A program made the translations under genes and the position numbers. Below are positions 14,417-26,400 of a stretch of DNA of 64,000 nucleotides, one piece after another. The stretch is taken from assembly GCF_963676685.1 (NCBI RefSeq), contig NC_092349.1:87420001-87484000 (forward strand), in the 5' to 3' direction. Positions within the stretch are counted from its first letter, which is position 1. Every line of letters begins with the position of its first letter. Origin of the DNA: Mytilus edulis. Taxonomy: Eukaryota. The notes beneath the pieces were generated by a model that saw nothing but the letters and a program-made list of their open reading frames with translations, had not been told where the DNA came from and did no database searches.

Positions 14417-14657
14417 CTGTGGATTTATTATTTTTGGTTTGAAACCAACTTTTGTGGATTTAGTGGATGCAGATGAACCTCGAAATTAAATATTAAACGA
14501 ATTTACTAAAGGCAAATATGCTGACTCCGGCAAAATCACGAAAACAAAAGATCCACGAACATTGGTGCCCACGAAAACAAAAGATCCACGAACATTGGTG
14601 CCCACGAAAATAAAGATCCACGAACATTGGTGCCCACGAAAATAAATGAATCCACAA
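14417..14657. mobile_element. TA-flanked MITE with an internal 33-bp tandem repeat (14537-14643)
   Basis: CTGTGGATTTATTATTTT / AAAATAAATGAATCCACAA termini and about 3 copies of CACGAAAACAAAAGATCCACGAACATTGGTGCC. Confidence 0.6.
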
Positions 14658-16962
14658 TAAATAATACAATGTATAAACAGCATACATGTTACTAAACTTA
14701 ACTGAAAAAAAGGAAAAGGGGTGACAAACTACTGACAGAGTTTCGGATGATTATGATGATAATGAAAACGAGATCCGTTTTGCCTGTATTGATATTATAC
14801 TTCGATGAATATTTGTATGTCTAATAAAACTTATATACTTGTTTGAAAACTTGCATATTTTTTTAATCATAAAGAGTTTTCGTTCAAATAACAAATAGTC
14901 CAAATTACAGCCTTCTGGGTGTTCATATATCGTGCACAGTTGTTTCAATTTTTTATTTCTGTTTAGTGAAAAGTAAAATATCAAAAATACCGAGCTACGA
15001 TGAAAATTCTAAACTGAAAGTCTCCCGTATCGTGCCAACAACTAGTGTTAGAAAAAATGTGTTTTTTTCTTTTCAAAAACCCTATTAGTGAATCAATATT
15101 AGTAACAAAATCTGCCATCCTAAATGATCTCACTGCAGTACCCTAACTGTATTGCTGCGTAATAGGTAATTTGTAAAGGTTATGCTAGCTTTTGAGGTAA
15201 ATGTCGACATGTTTGTGCTTTGAAATGAAAAATATTCTCTTCTATCATAAATTGGTGTATTAAGCTTCCTGTTCAAGATATAAAAATAAAGATCCAAGAA
15301 TATGCAGTGTTCACTGTAAGTATAAGATTAATTAATGTCAGGTTATTTTTTGATATATGTTCCCTGTATTAAAAGTAATCTTTTGAATGCATTCCATTTC
15401 TGAATAACGTATTTTAACCGTTACGCGATTAAAAAAGAGACTACGAAAAGCTTGATATTTCTATTCAAAATCAAAATAAATGAACTGAATTTAAGTATCT
15501 GATTTATTTTACGGACTTAGACAATAAAAAAACCCGTATCATTTAGTAAGCTATTAAAGGATACAGCAAACAATATACACAGATGACTCACTTTGGTTGA
15601 AAAACCTTAGAGGTTGCACTTTGTCAATACAACTGTTTCTCAAACCACTACTTTCTTGTGGCGATATATAATATTCACAGACATGTTAATTTGTTAACGT
15701 ACTGGTTCCAATAAATGATCTCTGTGTGTCATCTCAAAGAGACATCAATTGGAAATGTAATCAGTACAAAAACATGGTAGTGCATACATTTAAATTCTCA
15801 TGAGGTCAAAAAATGAAGGCAAGGGTAGTATAGAACTTTAGTATAAGTTTAAACTCGTAGAAGTTCAGGGCATGTACATGTTTAAAATATGCCACACAGC
15901 TCTATACTTTGACCTTTGAATAAAATAGTAATGCATATAAACTTTCCGTTCTGGGATATTAATTTTCACAAAACTTTATAATAAAAGTTTCACAGTTTTA
16001 GCCGAAAGGGAGTGGGAAATTGCATTGTGTATATCAACAGAATTGCAACCTACAAAGCGAATAACTACTTATAAAACATTAGGTTTATCCCTGAGTTACA
16101 ACTTTAGTGTAGAGGCTTTAATGCATAACTTTGTGTCGTATATCATATGCATAGAGTTGTGCGGTACACATGTTGTGATTTATAACCATTCCATATATAT
16201 ATTATATACGATAATAAAAAAACATAGCAGCTAATTTTAAATTCAACAGATGACACGAAAAAGGTGAACTTCTCATAGATACAGAATTGCTACTTTTGTA
16301 TTCCGTGGATAATATAATAGAAATATAGTTTTATAACTAATTGTAAGATATCATATTAAAACCTCTTGTGGAATTATTGCAAAATAAAGTTGAATCACAA
16401 TTTCTGCAATGTTTACCCATTGGTAAAAAGTTATCAAAGGTACCAGGATCATAATTCAATACGTCAAACGCGCGTCTCGTCTACATATGATTCAAAGTCA
16501 AAGAGCATTTAGGATCCAAAATTCCGAAACGTTGTGCCAAATACGGCTAAGGTAATCAATCATTTCAGCTGTTTGATAAGTCTTAAATAACGTTAAAAAA
16601 TAATGATAATTTCACCTATGTCAACGCCCTTTACCTCGTTCCTTGTTTATATGTTTTATTGAGTCTATATCTCTATCTTGTGTAGCGCTTAAGGATAACT
16701 CAAAGCACAATAGGGAGAAAATTAATTATTTAAATATTTCCGCGAAAATTGTCCTCAAATATTTAATACTTTTTAAGAAAGTAGCAAAACAACAACTGTT
16801 TTAGTTAGTGTCTATGTTTGTTAGCAATAGCCACATGAGTCAGTATACCTTGAAGTTTCTAAAACAATAGAATAACTCAATCTATACAATGCTACTACAA
16901 AATGTACAACATGTTGGTTTAAAAAAAAACATAATATGACTCAATCTATTCTATGGCTTTTC

Positions 16963-17480
16963 AAATTGAGAAAGGAAATGGGGAATGTGTCAAAGCGGCA
17001 ACAACCCGACCATAGAGCAGACAAAAGCCAAAGGTCAACAATTGGTCTTCAATGTAGCGAGAATTCCCGCACCTTCAGCTGGCCCCTAAAAATATGTATA
17101 CTAGTACAGTGATAATTGACGTCATACTAAACTCCGAATTATACACAAGAAACTAAAATTAAAAAGCATACAAGACTAACAAAGGCCAGAGGCTCCTGAC
17201 TTGAGACAGGCGCAAAATTGCAGCGGGGTTAAACATGTTTATAAGATCTCAACCCTCCCCTATACCTCTAGCCAATGTAGACAATTAAACGCATAACCAT
17301 ACGCACATAAAAATTCAGTTCAAGAGAAGTCCGAGTCCGATGTCAAAAGATGTAACAAAAGAAAATTAATAAAATGACAATAATACATAAATTACAACAG
17401 ACTACTAGCAGTTAACTGACATGCCAGCTCCAGACCTTAATTAAACTGAGAAGATTATGTCTTCATCATACATGTATGAA
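16963..17480. mobile_element. Dispersed repeat (family 4, AAATTGAGAA.GGAAATGGGGAATGTG end)
   Basis: Inverted copies lie at ~21477-21855 and ~11605-11722. Confidence 0.7.
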
Positions 17481-18678
17481 TAGAATATTTTGTTTGTTTT
17501 GTGTTTGTTTATAAAATGAATTCATTTACTATCTAATGACAATTTGTTGAACCAGAGGGACTAACAAATAAACTCATCATAGATACCGAGATTGGAATTG
17601 TTTATTTGCGCCATCCGCGCGTTTCGCCTACAAAATTACAGACTGATACAGTCTCCTGGTCCAAGATTATATATTCCGTAATGCATTTTGTTTTGATTTG
17701 AAGAAATTTTTTCTAAATGCTTATTGTATTAAGATAGTATAGAAATAGCAGTCTGTAATGTGTTCATCAAAAGACACATTTTGTTTGATTGTGTAAATGA
17801 TGACTTGTTTCACTTAGAAATATATAATAGCAATATAATAATCTTCAATCCATAACGATACAATATTGATATTATTTACATAATGGAGATGTGCAAGTGT
17901 ATATCTACTACAATTTGTTTTAATTGTCTGCTTGTTTGGTTAACATCTTTACTTCAAATCACCAGGATACTTAAAAAAGCAGCCCAGGACAGCTGACAGA
18001 GGGTTCCCTGCTTTTACTTTACATATACCAATTGCAACGGAAGAATACAAATGAATAAAAAATTACACACTTTCATATATATTCAATACATAAACCAGCA
18101 TCTGTTTTCAGTTAGTTAATGTATTCTACACACCTTGAAATCTTGCACCTTTATATTAAATTTTTAGTTTTAAATACAATAACAATAAAATAGTCTGTCT
18201 CTGAGTTATGATTGTGATTACATATACAACACAGCATAGGTTGCTAAGAGAGCTGACAAAATACAAATGGCAAAATATATAATTAGCCTTTGAAATGCCC
18301 TTCCACCCAAACCACACTCGTTTTTAAAACGAACTAAAATGACTGTTGTGGAAAACAAGAATTACATTCGAATGAGTATTATCTTTACTATGAAATACCT
18401 GGTGGAATGAACGGGTACAATTTATATAAAAACCTCTCAACAGAATATAAAAAACCCAAAAATAGTTAAAAGAAACAATGACAGACAAACGAACAATTCT
18501 TCGTATAGTTATTACATGTATAAACAAAAACGACTTTTAAATTTCTGACACATTTAATGGGATAAAACACCGTTTCCTTGTTTCGATTGGTCATTCCCAT
18601 TTACAAGGAACATCTTGTTATCTTCCTGTAGAAAACGACAGGATAACGATTATTGTGATTATTACAAAAATATCTTAC

Positions 18679-18762
18679 ACAATCTTAACGACTACTTCAT
18701 GTAATACTACAGTTATAAAGACAACCTTAACGACTAGTTCATGTAATACTACAGTTATAAAG
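18679..18762 (+). repeat. 42-bp tandem duplication upstream of the gene C TATA box
   Basis: ACAA(T/C)CTTAACGACTA(C/G)TTCATGTAATACTACAGTTATAAAG x2. Confidence 0.85.
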
Positions 18763-18924
18763 TCACATATAAGTTTAACCTTCAATCTTTAAGTTATAAA
18801 GTTGAATGAAAGTTTTACATATAACATGTAAGACATGACATAGAAAGTAATCAAAGACATTTTAACATTGTTAATCGTGTAACTTTTCTTTATTTTAAAT
18901 GTCTGTGTTTCCGAGTTATTTTAC

Positions 18925-19008
18925 TATATAAATGCCAAACTGACCATCGATCTTTACTCCACTATTTGCCGTCATTTCCCATCGGATCCACATCTAACAT
19001 AGGTATGT
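18925..19008 (+). promoter_or_regulatory. Putative TATA box and non-coding exon 1 of gene C
   Basis: TATATAAA at 18925-18932, donor TAG|GTATGT at 19002/19003, acceptor TTTCAG ending 19879 with the ATG at 19881. Confidence 0.6.
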
Positions 19009-19880
19009 AAAATAGATTCATAAAAAAATTGCAGAATAAAATGAGTATTAAATCTTTTTACTGTAGATTAGTGATCGATTTGTAGTTTTTCTATGTTCAC
19101 GAAATCAAAATCTCTTTTTTTTTAAACTAATACTAGTATAACTTGATAGTTTTTATAATCAGATTAAACAGATCCGGAGTATATTATTGTTTTAATGATA
19201 CATGATGGCTATTAATTTTCATTTCATTTAATTCTCCAATTTACCCAAAGGTTACACCTTCGTTATGCTTCGTTAAGCTAAAATGACATCATCCAATTTA
19301 AGCCGATTTAGTTTTGCTACTCATGATTTTTGTTTTTAGCAGAATTTTGGTCTTTATAACGTATGTGATCAGAGTTTTTTTTTCAAAAACATGCATATGT
19401 TGGCCACCAAATTCGGTATCATACCTCAGAAAGATTATATGTTGTGTAAAAACATCGATAAATCTAAAGGTCAACATTGCCTTCCACATATTTTTTTTTA
19501 ACTTTTTGTTTTTTATATAGAAGAACATACAAATATACAAAATTACGTTTACACGTGTAAAAAATCTCATGTACGCGTAAGTAAACCCCTTGTACTAATA
19601 AGAACAAATTTTTAAACTAATTGTGAACGTGTTTACAGAACATAACGTTTGGAAGGAAAATGGCCTAAGTATAGTGTCAGTTATATTTGAATAAACAAAG
19701 ACCTTTTCACTATTATTGATCGGTGTCCAAATAAAACAAAATATATAATATGTATGTAAGTTTCACTAACTGAATTTGGTCTGCGGGTATTTTCAACCTG
19801 AATAACAAGGAAAGAAATACAATGGTAAATATTAATGTTTAATGAATATAGCTTAATATATGCAGTCATTTCTTTTCAGA

Positions 19881-22292
19881 ATGAATCCTCTACAAACCGT
19901 TATTGCAGTCTTTGCCGTATGCTTTGTGGCAGTAAATGCCGCCGGATATGGTAGAGGAATGGGCGGAGGAATGGGCGGAGGAATGGGCGGCGGCATGGGT
20001 GGTATGATGGGAGGAGGAATGATGGGTGGTATGCCTGGGGGTATGATGGGAGGAATGCATCCTATGATGGGTGGCATGCCCGGTGGCATGATGGGTGGTA
20101 TGCCCGGTGGTATGATGGGTGGCATGCCAGGTGGGATGATGGGTGGCATGATGGGTGGAATGGGCAGCGGTATGATGGGTGGTAAGTTTTTTTAGTCTAA
20201 TTAAGTCAACTAGATTTAAAAAACTATACAAAAACAAAAACAAAAGGTTAACCTTGAAATCTGAAGATGGAAAATATCAAGAAAATAAATTTGTTGGTAC
20301 AAGCTTAAGTTTGTGAGAGGTATCAGTTGCCAAATAAGTGTGCACTCGTTGTTGAAACCGGACTGCATCTAGTAAATACAACTATTTTCGATGAAAAAAT
20401 GTTGATGCATGTATGACTACATTACTTTCTCTCTTAATTCAATTATGGTGTTTTTCAACATATGAGCATATTGTATATAGAAATCATTTTAAAAGGTATT
20501 TTAATTGTCTTAGGCAACAATTCAAAGCAAATAAAGTAACAAACATTATACAACGAGTTCTGTTGAAATTTGTTAATTTTAAAATTGTTTGGTCTCCAGT
20601 GGCACTGTTGAGCCTGGTGGTTTGTTAAAACATCTTAACCAGTTGTAAATATAATAATGCTTCATATATGGAACACCGTATCAACCCTTCACCAAAATCG
20701 GGCTCTATCAGAGTTTTAGCATCATACTGGTGTTCTGGGATGACACATATGTGATATTTAAAAAGTCGTATAATATTCTCTATTTATCAACATTGCAGGT
20801 ATGGGAGGTATGATGGGAGGAAAAAGACGTAAGTAAAAATTAGACTAATTTTATCATTTAAATAATTTCTTCATATAATATATCTGCATATTCTGCTTTA
20901 AAGAGGACATGAATAGATTTGCATGTCCGTCACACATGTGCTTCTTGATAACAATTATTAAAGTTAAGTTACATAAATGTTTTTGTTTTAATTATACCTC
21001 CGAAACCTTAATATCAAGTAATGGACTTGAAAGTAAAAGTCATTTTTTACTTTGATGGTTTTGACATATATTGTTTAGGAATAATCATCTTGTTTTTTTT
21101 GTTCGATCTTTAACATTCAAAGTAATAATTAGAGTATCACATCACATATTTTTTTCTTTGCAAGTTTGGACATAATAGATAAAGGCAAAAGTAGTATACT
21201 GCTGTTCAAAAGTCATAAATCGATTGAGAAAAAATAAATGATGTCTTAGATCATAGAATACAAATTTTTGATTACGATGATTTTGAAGTAAATTGTTCAA
21301 TAGTAAATTTTACGATTGAATGGTGCCGTATAGTTTTTATTTGATACTCATAGTATGCCACTTATAGTCACAAGTTCATTTGATCTCTTTTCTAATATTA
21401 CAGGTTATAGAAGAAATGCAGGTAAATTGTATTATAGTTTAAGCTAGTGTAGTAAAATAAACATGAAGGACATACTTCTCTTGAACTGAATTTTGATGTG
21501 CGTATTGTTATGCGTTTACTTTTCTGCACTGGCTAGAGGTATAGGGGGAGGGTTGAGATCTCACAAAAATGTTTAACCCCGCCGCATTTTTGCGCCTGCC
21601 TAAGTCAGGAGCCTCTGGCCTTTGTTAGTCTTGTATTATTTTAACTTTTAGTTTTGTGTGTACAATTTGGAGTTTAGTATAGCGTTCATTATCACTGAAC
21701 TAGTATATATTTGTTTAGGGGCCAGCTGAAGGACGCTTCTGGGTGCGGGAATTTCTCGTTGCATTGAAGACCTGTTGGTGACCTTCTTCTGTTGTCTGCT
21801 CTATGGTCGGGTTGTTGTCTCTTTGGCACATTCCCCATTTCCATTCTCAATTTTATACATATTTTTCCAATAAATACTGGCAAACTTTTATGTAAACCAA
21901 TCTTCTGGATTTCTCGCTCCACCGTGATAAGTTATATTCTCTCCTGAATATCAAGTAGTACACATGCAACAAATTAAATGTGGAGCCTTCATTTTAAAGC
22001 ATGTATTGTTACATAACAAGTCATGGCTAAGACACATCAAATTGTGTAGTGTGTGTTGTGGATTTTATATAAATACTGTCAGTTGTTTCTATGCATTATA
22101 CGGTTATATCATCAAATTACTTATTATACAAAATAGCATGAACTATATTCTATAAATTGTCTGCCACTTCAAATCAACTTTAAATTTATTAATCATGTGA
22201 CAATACCCTTGACTATCAAAAGAATTACAATTTTGTATGTACATTTGGTATACTCTTTAATTGCAGATTACAGCCAAGGATACGACTACTAG
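19881..22292 (+). CDS. Gly/Met-rich secreted protein C (abductin-like), 124 aa; coding exons 19881-20181, 20799-20828, 21404-21421, 22267-22292
   Basis: Signal MNPLQTVIAVFAVCFVAVNA, then AGYGRG, (GGMMGGMP)n repeats and C-terminus GGKR-RYRRNA-DYSQGYDY*. Phase-1 GT-AG introns; 375 nt in frame; AATAAA at 22316-22321. Confidence 0.9.
21477..21855. mobile_element. Family 4 repeat in an intron of gene C
   Basis: Reverse complement of ~16963-17325. Absent in the paralogous intron at ~51090. Confidence 0.75.
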
Positions 22293-23473
22293 TGCCTGGA
22301 TATGTCATCAATTTCAATAAACATTCAGAGAAAACTTACAGATCTTCTTTTTTTATAATTTGTTTTACAACACATGATGAAGCTCGAATTCTATGACTTT
22401 ACTCATTGACTCCCTGAATATATACAGTTTACAAGAGGTATAGACAAAAAAGTATTATGTTAAACTTCCAAAAGATTCCTATCCTTTGTCAACCGTTTCG
22501 AATGTCCCCACACTTAGAATTAGACTATAAGGTATAAATTGAAATAAAATAACAAAAAAATCAAACAATCGATATTATTTTTATTCAATCTTCCTGTCAA
22601 AACTTAAAAACTGTGTCAGTGATTGTATTTAGGTGTTCAGGGTGATGTTTTCTTTTCCTTTTTGGAAATTTATTGTCGATAATCTGCAGATATTTGATAA
22701 ATTTATTCTAAAATTTCTTAACCATTTCTGTGCGATGCGATTGAGCTTATCGTATCAACTTCTATACTTTAGACAGTAGTACGCTGCTGTTAAAAAGACG
22801 TAATCGATTAAAAAAAAAAATCAAATCCAGGTTACAAACTAAAACCGGTCGATGAAATGTTACTGTAACTATCGCAATCGAAAAACAATATTGAGATGTT
22901 TCTATCGCAGAGACAGGATATAACAACTACTTTTTGTAAAATAGGATATATTACGAAGGGAACAACCACCCCACAAATCAAAGAAATACAACAGAACTTT
23001 GATCAAAAGAAAAAGAAGACACACATCAACTCACAAGAAACTAAACTAAAATTCAACACAGGCCCTACAAACACAGAGTGAGTTCAGATGCCCCGGAAGA
23101 GCCAATTCACTAGTATATAAAATATTTACATTCGAAAAAAAGCAAATTATATTAAATGAAGTCATTGTATTTGTTAAACAGGAAACTAAATAGACAAGTG
23201 TTAATGTAATTATATAAATGGGAACAAATATATTCTAATGGATTATGGAACTTCGTTTTAGTCTACATTGATGACGAATATAACAATGCGGATAATGAAG
23301 AGAATTTTGATAATATGTATGCTGACATTGATGTAGATTTTAGGACGAGGTAGTATATATTAAACATCATTGCAGGAAATAAGGTCTACAAATAAAAGAT
23401 CAAAAAGATCACTGTTTGACTATCGAATCTTCAAATTCTATTAAAATAATAAAAAAAAAAAACATCTTTGCCT

Positions 23474-26400
23474 TCAAATGATTGTTTCATAGAACTTATT
23501 TGACTGCGCAATTGCATTATTATAATCGTAAACAGGTGTATATCCAAGTAATCTTCTGGCTTTATCGTTTGTTACATAAAAAGTGGTATTCAAATATGCT
23601 ATGCTTCCGAATGTGAAATGTGACAGTGGTAAATGACCATTTGTAAAGTATTTCAACAAAAATGTCACACAGGTTATTAAGAAAACCATAACAATAGCAA
23701 GCCAATACGGAATATACCATGACGAGGGCTTACTGCTAAAATGATCCAGGAACGGCTTAAGAACACCCGGAACAGTATCGGGCGGTGTATTATCTACGGA
23801 GAAAAAGTATTGACCGCCTAGTTTTGGATTCTTTGGTAATTTCTCCACTGCTTTTACAAACATCATTGCCACGTTCCCGACATAACTGTATTGTATTTTA
23901 GCTTTCATTTGTCCGACCAGTGGAAATGTTCTGCCTTTGAACGGTCGGACTGCTGCCGGGATATTACCATAATCCAATTCACCATACATCCCAAATGGAA
24001 GTAGGGCAAGTGTCTTCAACTGTTTTCCTGAAATAGAATCGTGATATAAATCAATAAATCTTATCAGCTAGCTTATAAGAGATAGGTGTAAAAAGGTTCA
24101 TTACGAGTAACTTTCTTAAACATTTCAAATCAAAGTCACCATAATGTTCAACCTTTGCATTGATATATTATTATGTAGCGTGCAATGCATAGCTGCTAAA
24201 TAGAAACATCTCAAAATCTTTTCACGTTTTGTTAGTTTACTGGTTGAGATTTAAAGTAGCAGGGTTGGGACATTTGAAAACTTGTTAAACCAAGCCACGT
24301 GTTCATGTGTCTCTCAAAAGGAAGGATTTTTAGTAGTAGGTGCCAAATTGTTTCGTTTAAGTTGAAGCAGAATGTGTTTTACCTTGTAGTTCGGAGTTTT
24401 TAATTTATTGATCATTTGCATAAGCCTTTGGACGATGTAGAGCTAGACGTGTTTTGGTTAATTTAGGGTGGCAGTTCCAGTGACCTAAATCCTTCAGCAT
24501 ATTATCTTTATCCATATTCCAAATAAGGTAAGGTTTCAAATAAAGGCAACAGTAGTATACCACTGTTCAAAACTCATAAATCCATGGACAAAAAACAAAA
24601 TCGGGGTAACAAACTAAAACTGAGGGAAACGCATTAAATATAAGAGGAGAACAACGACACAACATTAATATGTAACACACACAGAAACGGACTAAGCATT
24701 AGACAAAATCCTATGAGAATAACAAATATAACATCAAGACCAAATACATGAATTTTGGATAGATAAGTACCGTGACCCGTTTTATAGTAATGTGAATTTA
24801 CACTAAAAAATAAGAGGAAACAAACGACACAACGGAAACACAACGTTACAATGCAACACACACAGAAACAAACTATAATATAATAATGGCCATATTCCTG
24901 ACTTGGTACAGGACATTTTTAAAGGAAAAAATGGTGGATCGAACCAGGTTTTGTGGCAAACCTCCCTCTTTTATGGCCATGTGAAATATAACATAAAAAT
25001 GACAACACAATATTACAGGACTACAATATAAATAAATAGAAGAACACAATTGACAAAGAAACACACGAATAATAGCTAACAAAAGACAACAAGTTTAAAA
25101 TTTTTAATACGCCAGAAGTGCATTTTGTCCACAAAAGACTTACTAGTGACGCCCAGATACAAAAGTTTGAAAGCCGAAACAAGTACAAAGTTGAACAGCA
25201 TCGAGGACCAAAAGGTGAAAACAGTTGTGCCAAAAACGGCCAGGGTTTTCTGTTAGGTTCCAGAACATCCCTCTTATTTAGAATAATTTATACTTTTGCA
25301 AACAGTGAATTTTATAAAATGACTATACAAAAGACGTACATCATAAAACTGAAGTATTAACTAATTTATACAGGAAAAATGCAAAACATTCGAATAAGTT
25401 TAAACTCAACGCCAAGTGACGTCATATTAGAAATTGTAAAAAATGACCAATTAATGACGTCACATTTGAACATACATTCTGAGTTTTTGAAATGAAAAAA
25501 TGTATAGAAATTGTTATCATCTACAAAAAGCCTTGTTTATGATTCCTTATGTAGTTACTCACTCATACATGTCATGAGATTAATACATGAAAACACAACA
25601 GCTGTCACTAGTGGAGCAAATGATGGTAGTATGTATCACGCATTGTGGTTCAAATTGCCCGATGGTTATTTCTTTTTGTGAAATTTTATGTTGTATGGTC
25701 ATTTTGTACTTTTTGCATTGTATTATCTGTTTTAATTTTGAACCGTCTTTACTGATAATTTCCAACTGATTCATGAGACTGGCATTCAAGTGAGTGGCTT
25801 CTCTAGCTATAAAACCAGTTTTAATCCACTATTTTGTACACAGAAAAATGCCTGTTCCAAAATAGGAATATGACAGTTTTTTTCAATTCGTGTGACGTTT
25901 ATGATCTTTTAATTTTGCCATTTGTTATTTTACTTTTTCGTAGTTCATGTCGAGTAAAATATTCCGAAGTGATGATGACGCTGCAAGCGATACTCCAATC
26001 GTGACAGTTGACACCTTTGATAACTATTGACAAATATATCAATGGGAATGAAGACAAAATACTGATACCACTATTTGAAAATCATGTCGAGAATTATTTT
26101 TCTATAATTACCATTGTGTAAATAAGAATTGTTTGCCGATAGAACCATATTCTGTGCTTCAGTTTTAGTTTTCGCATATTCTCCAAAACATAATTTAGAT
26201 GGAGTTTTTATGGTAGTTTCTGTTGCTGCTCTCGCTTCGTCGCCACCAAAATATATTGAAGCTGATCCACAGTAAATTAAATATGGAACGTTTTCTCTCC
26301 GACAAGCACTTAATACAGTTTCTGTTCCTAAAATAAACACATTTATCTAAATATCTTACGGAGACGTATTACATGAATTTGGGAACATTAAGTTTAAAAT

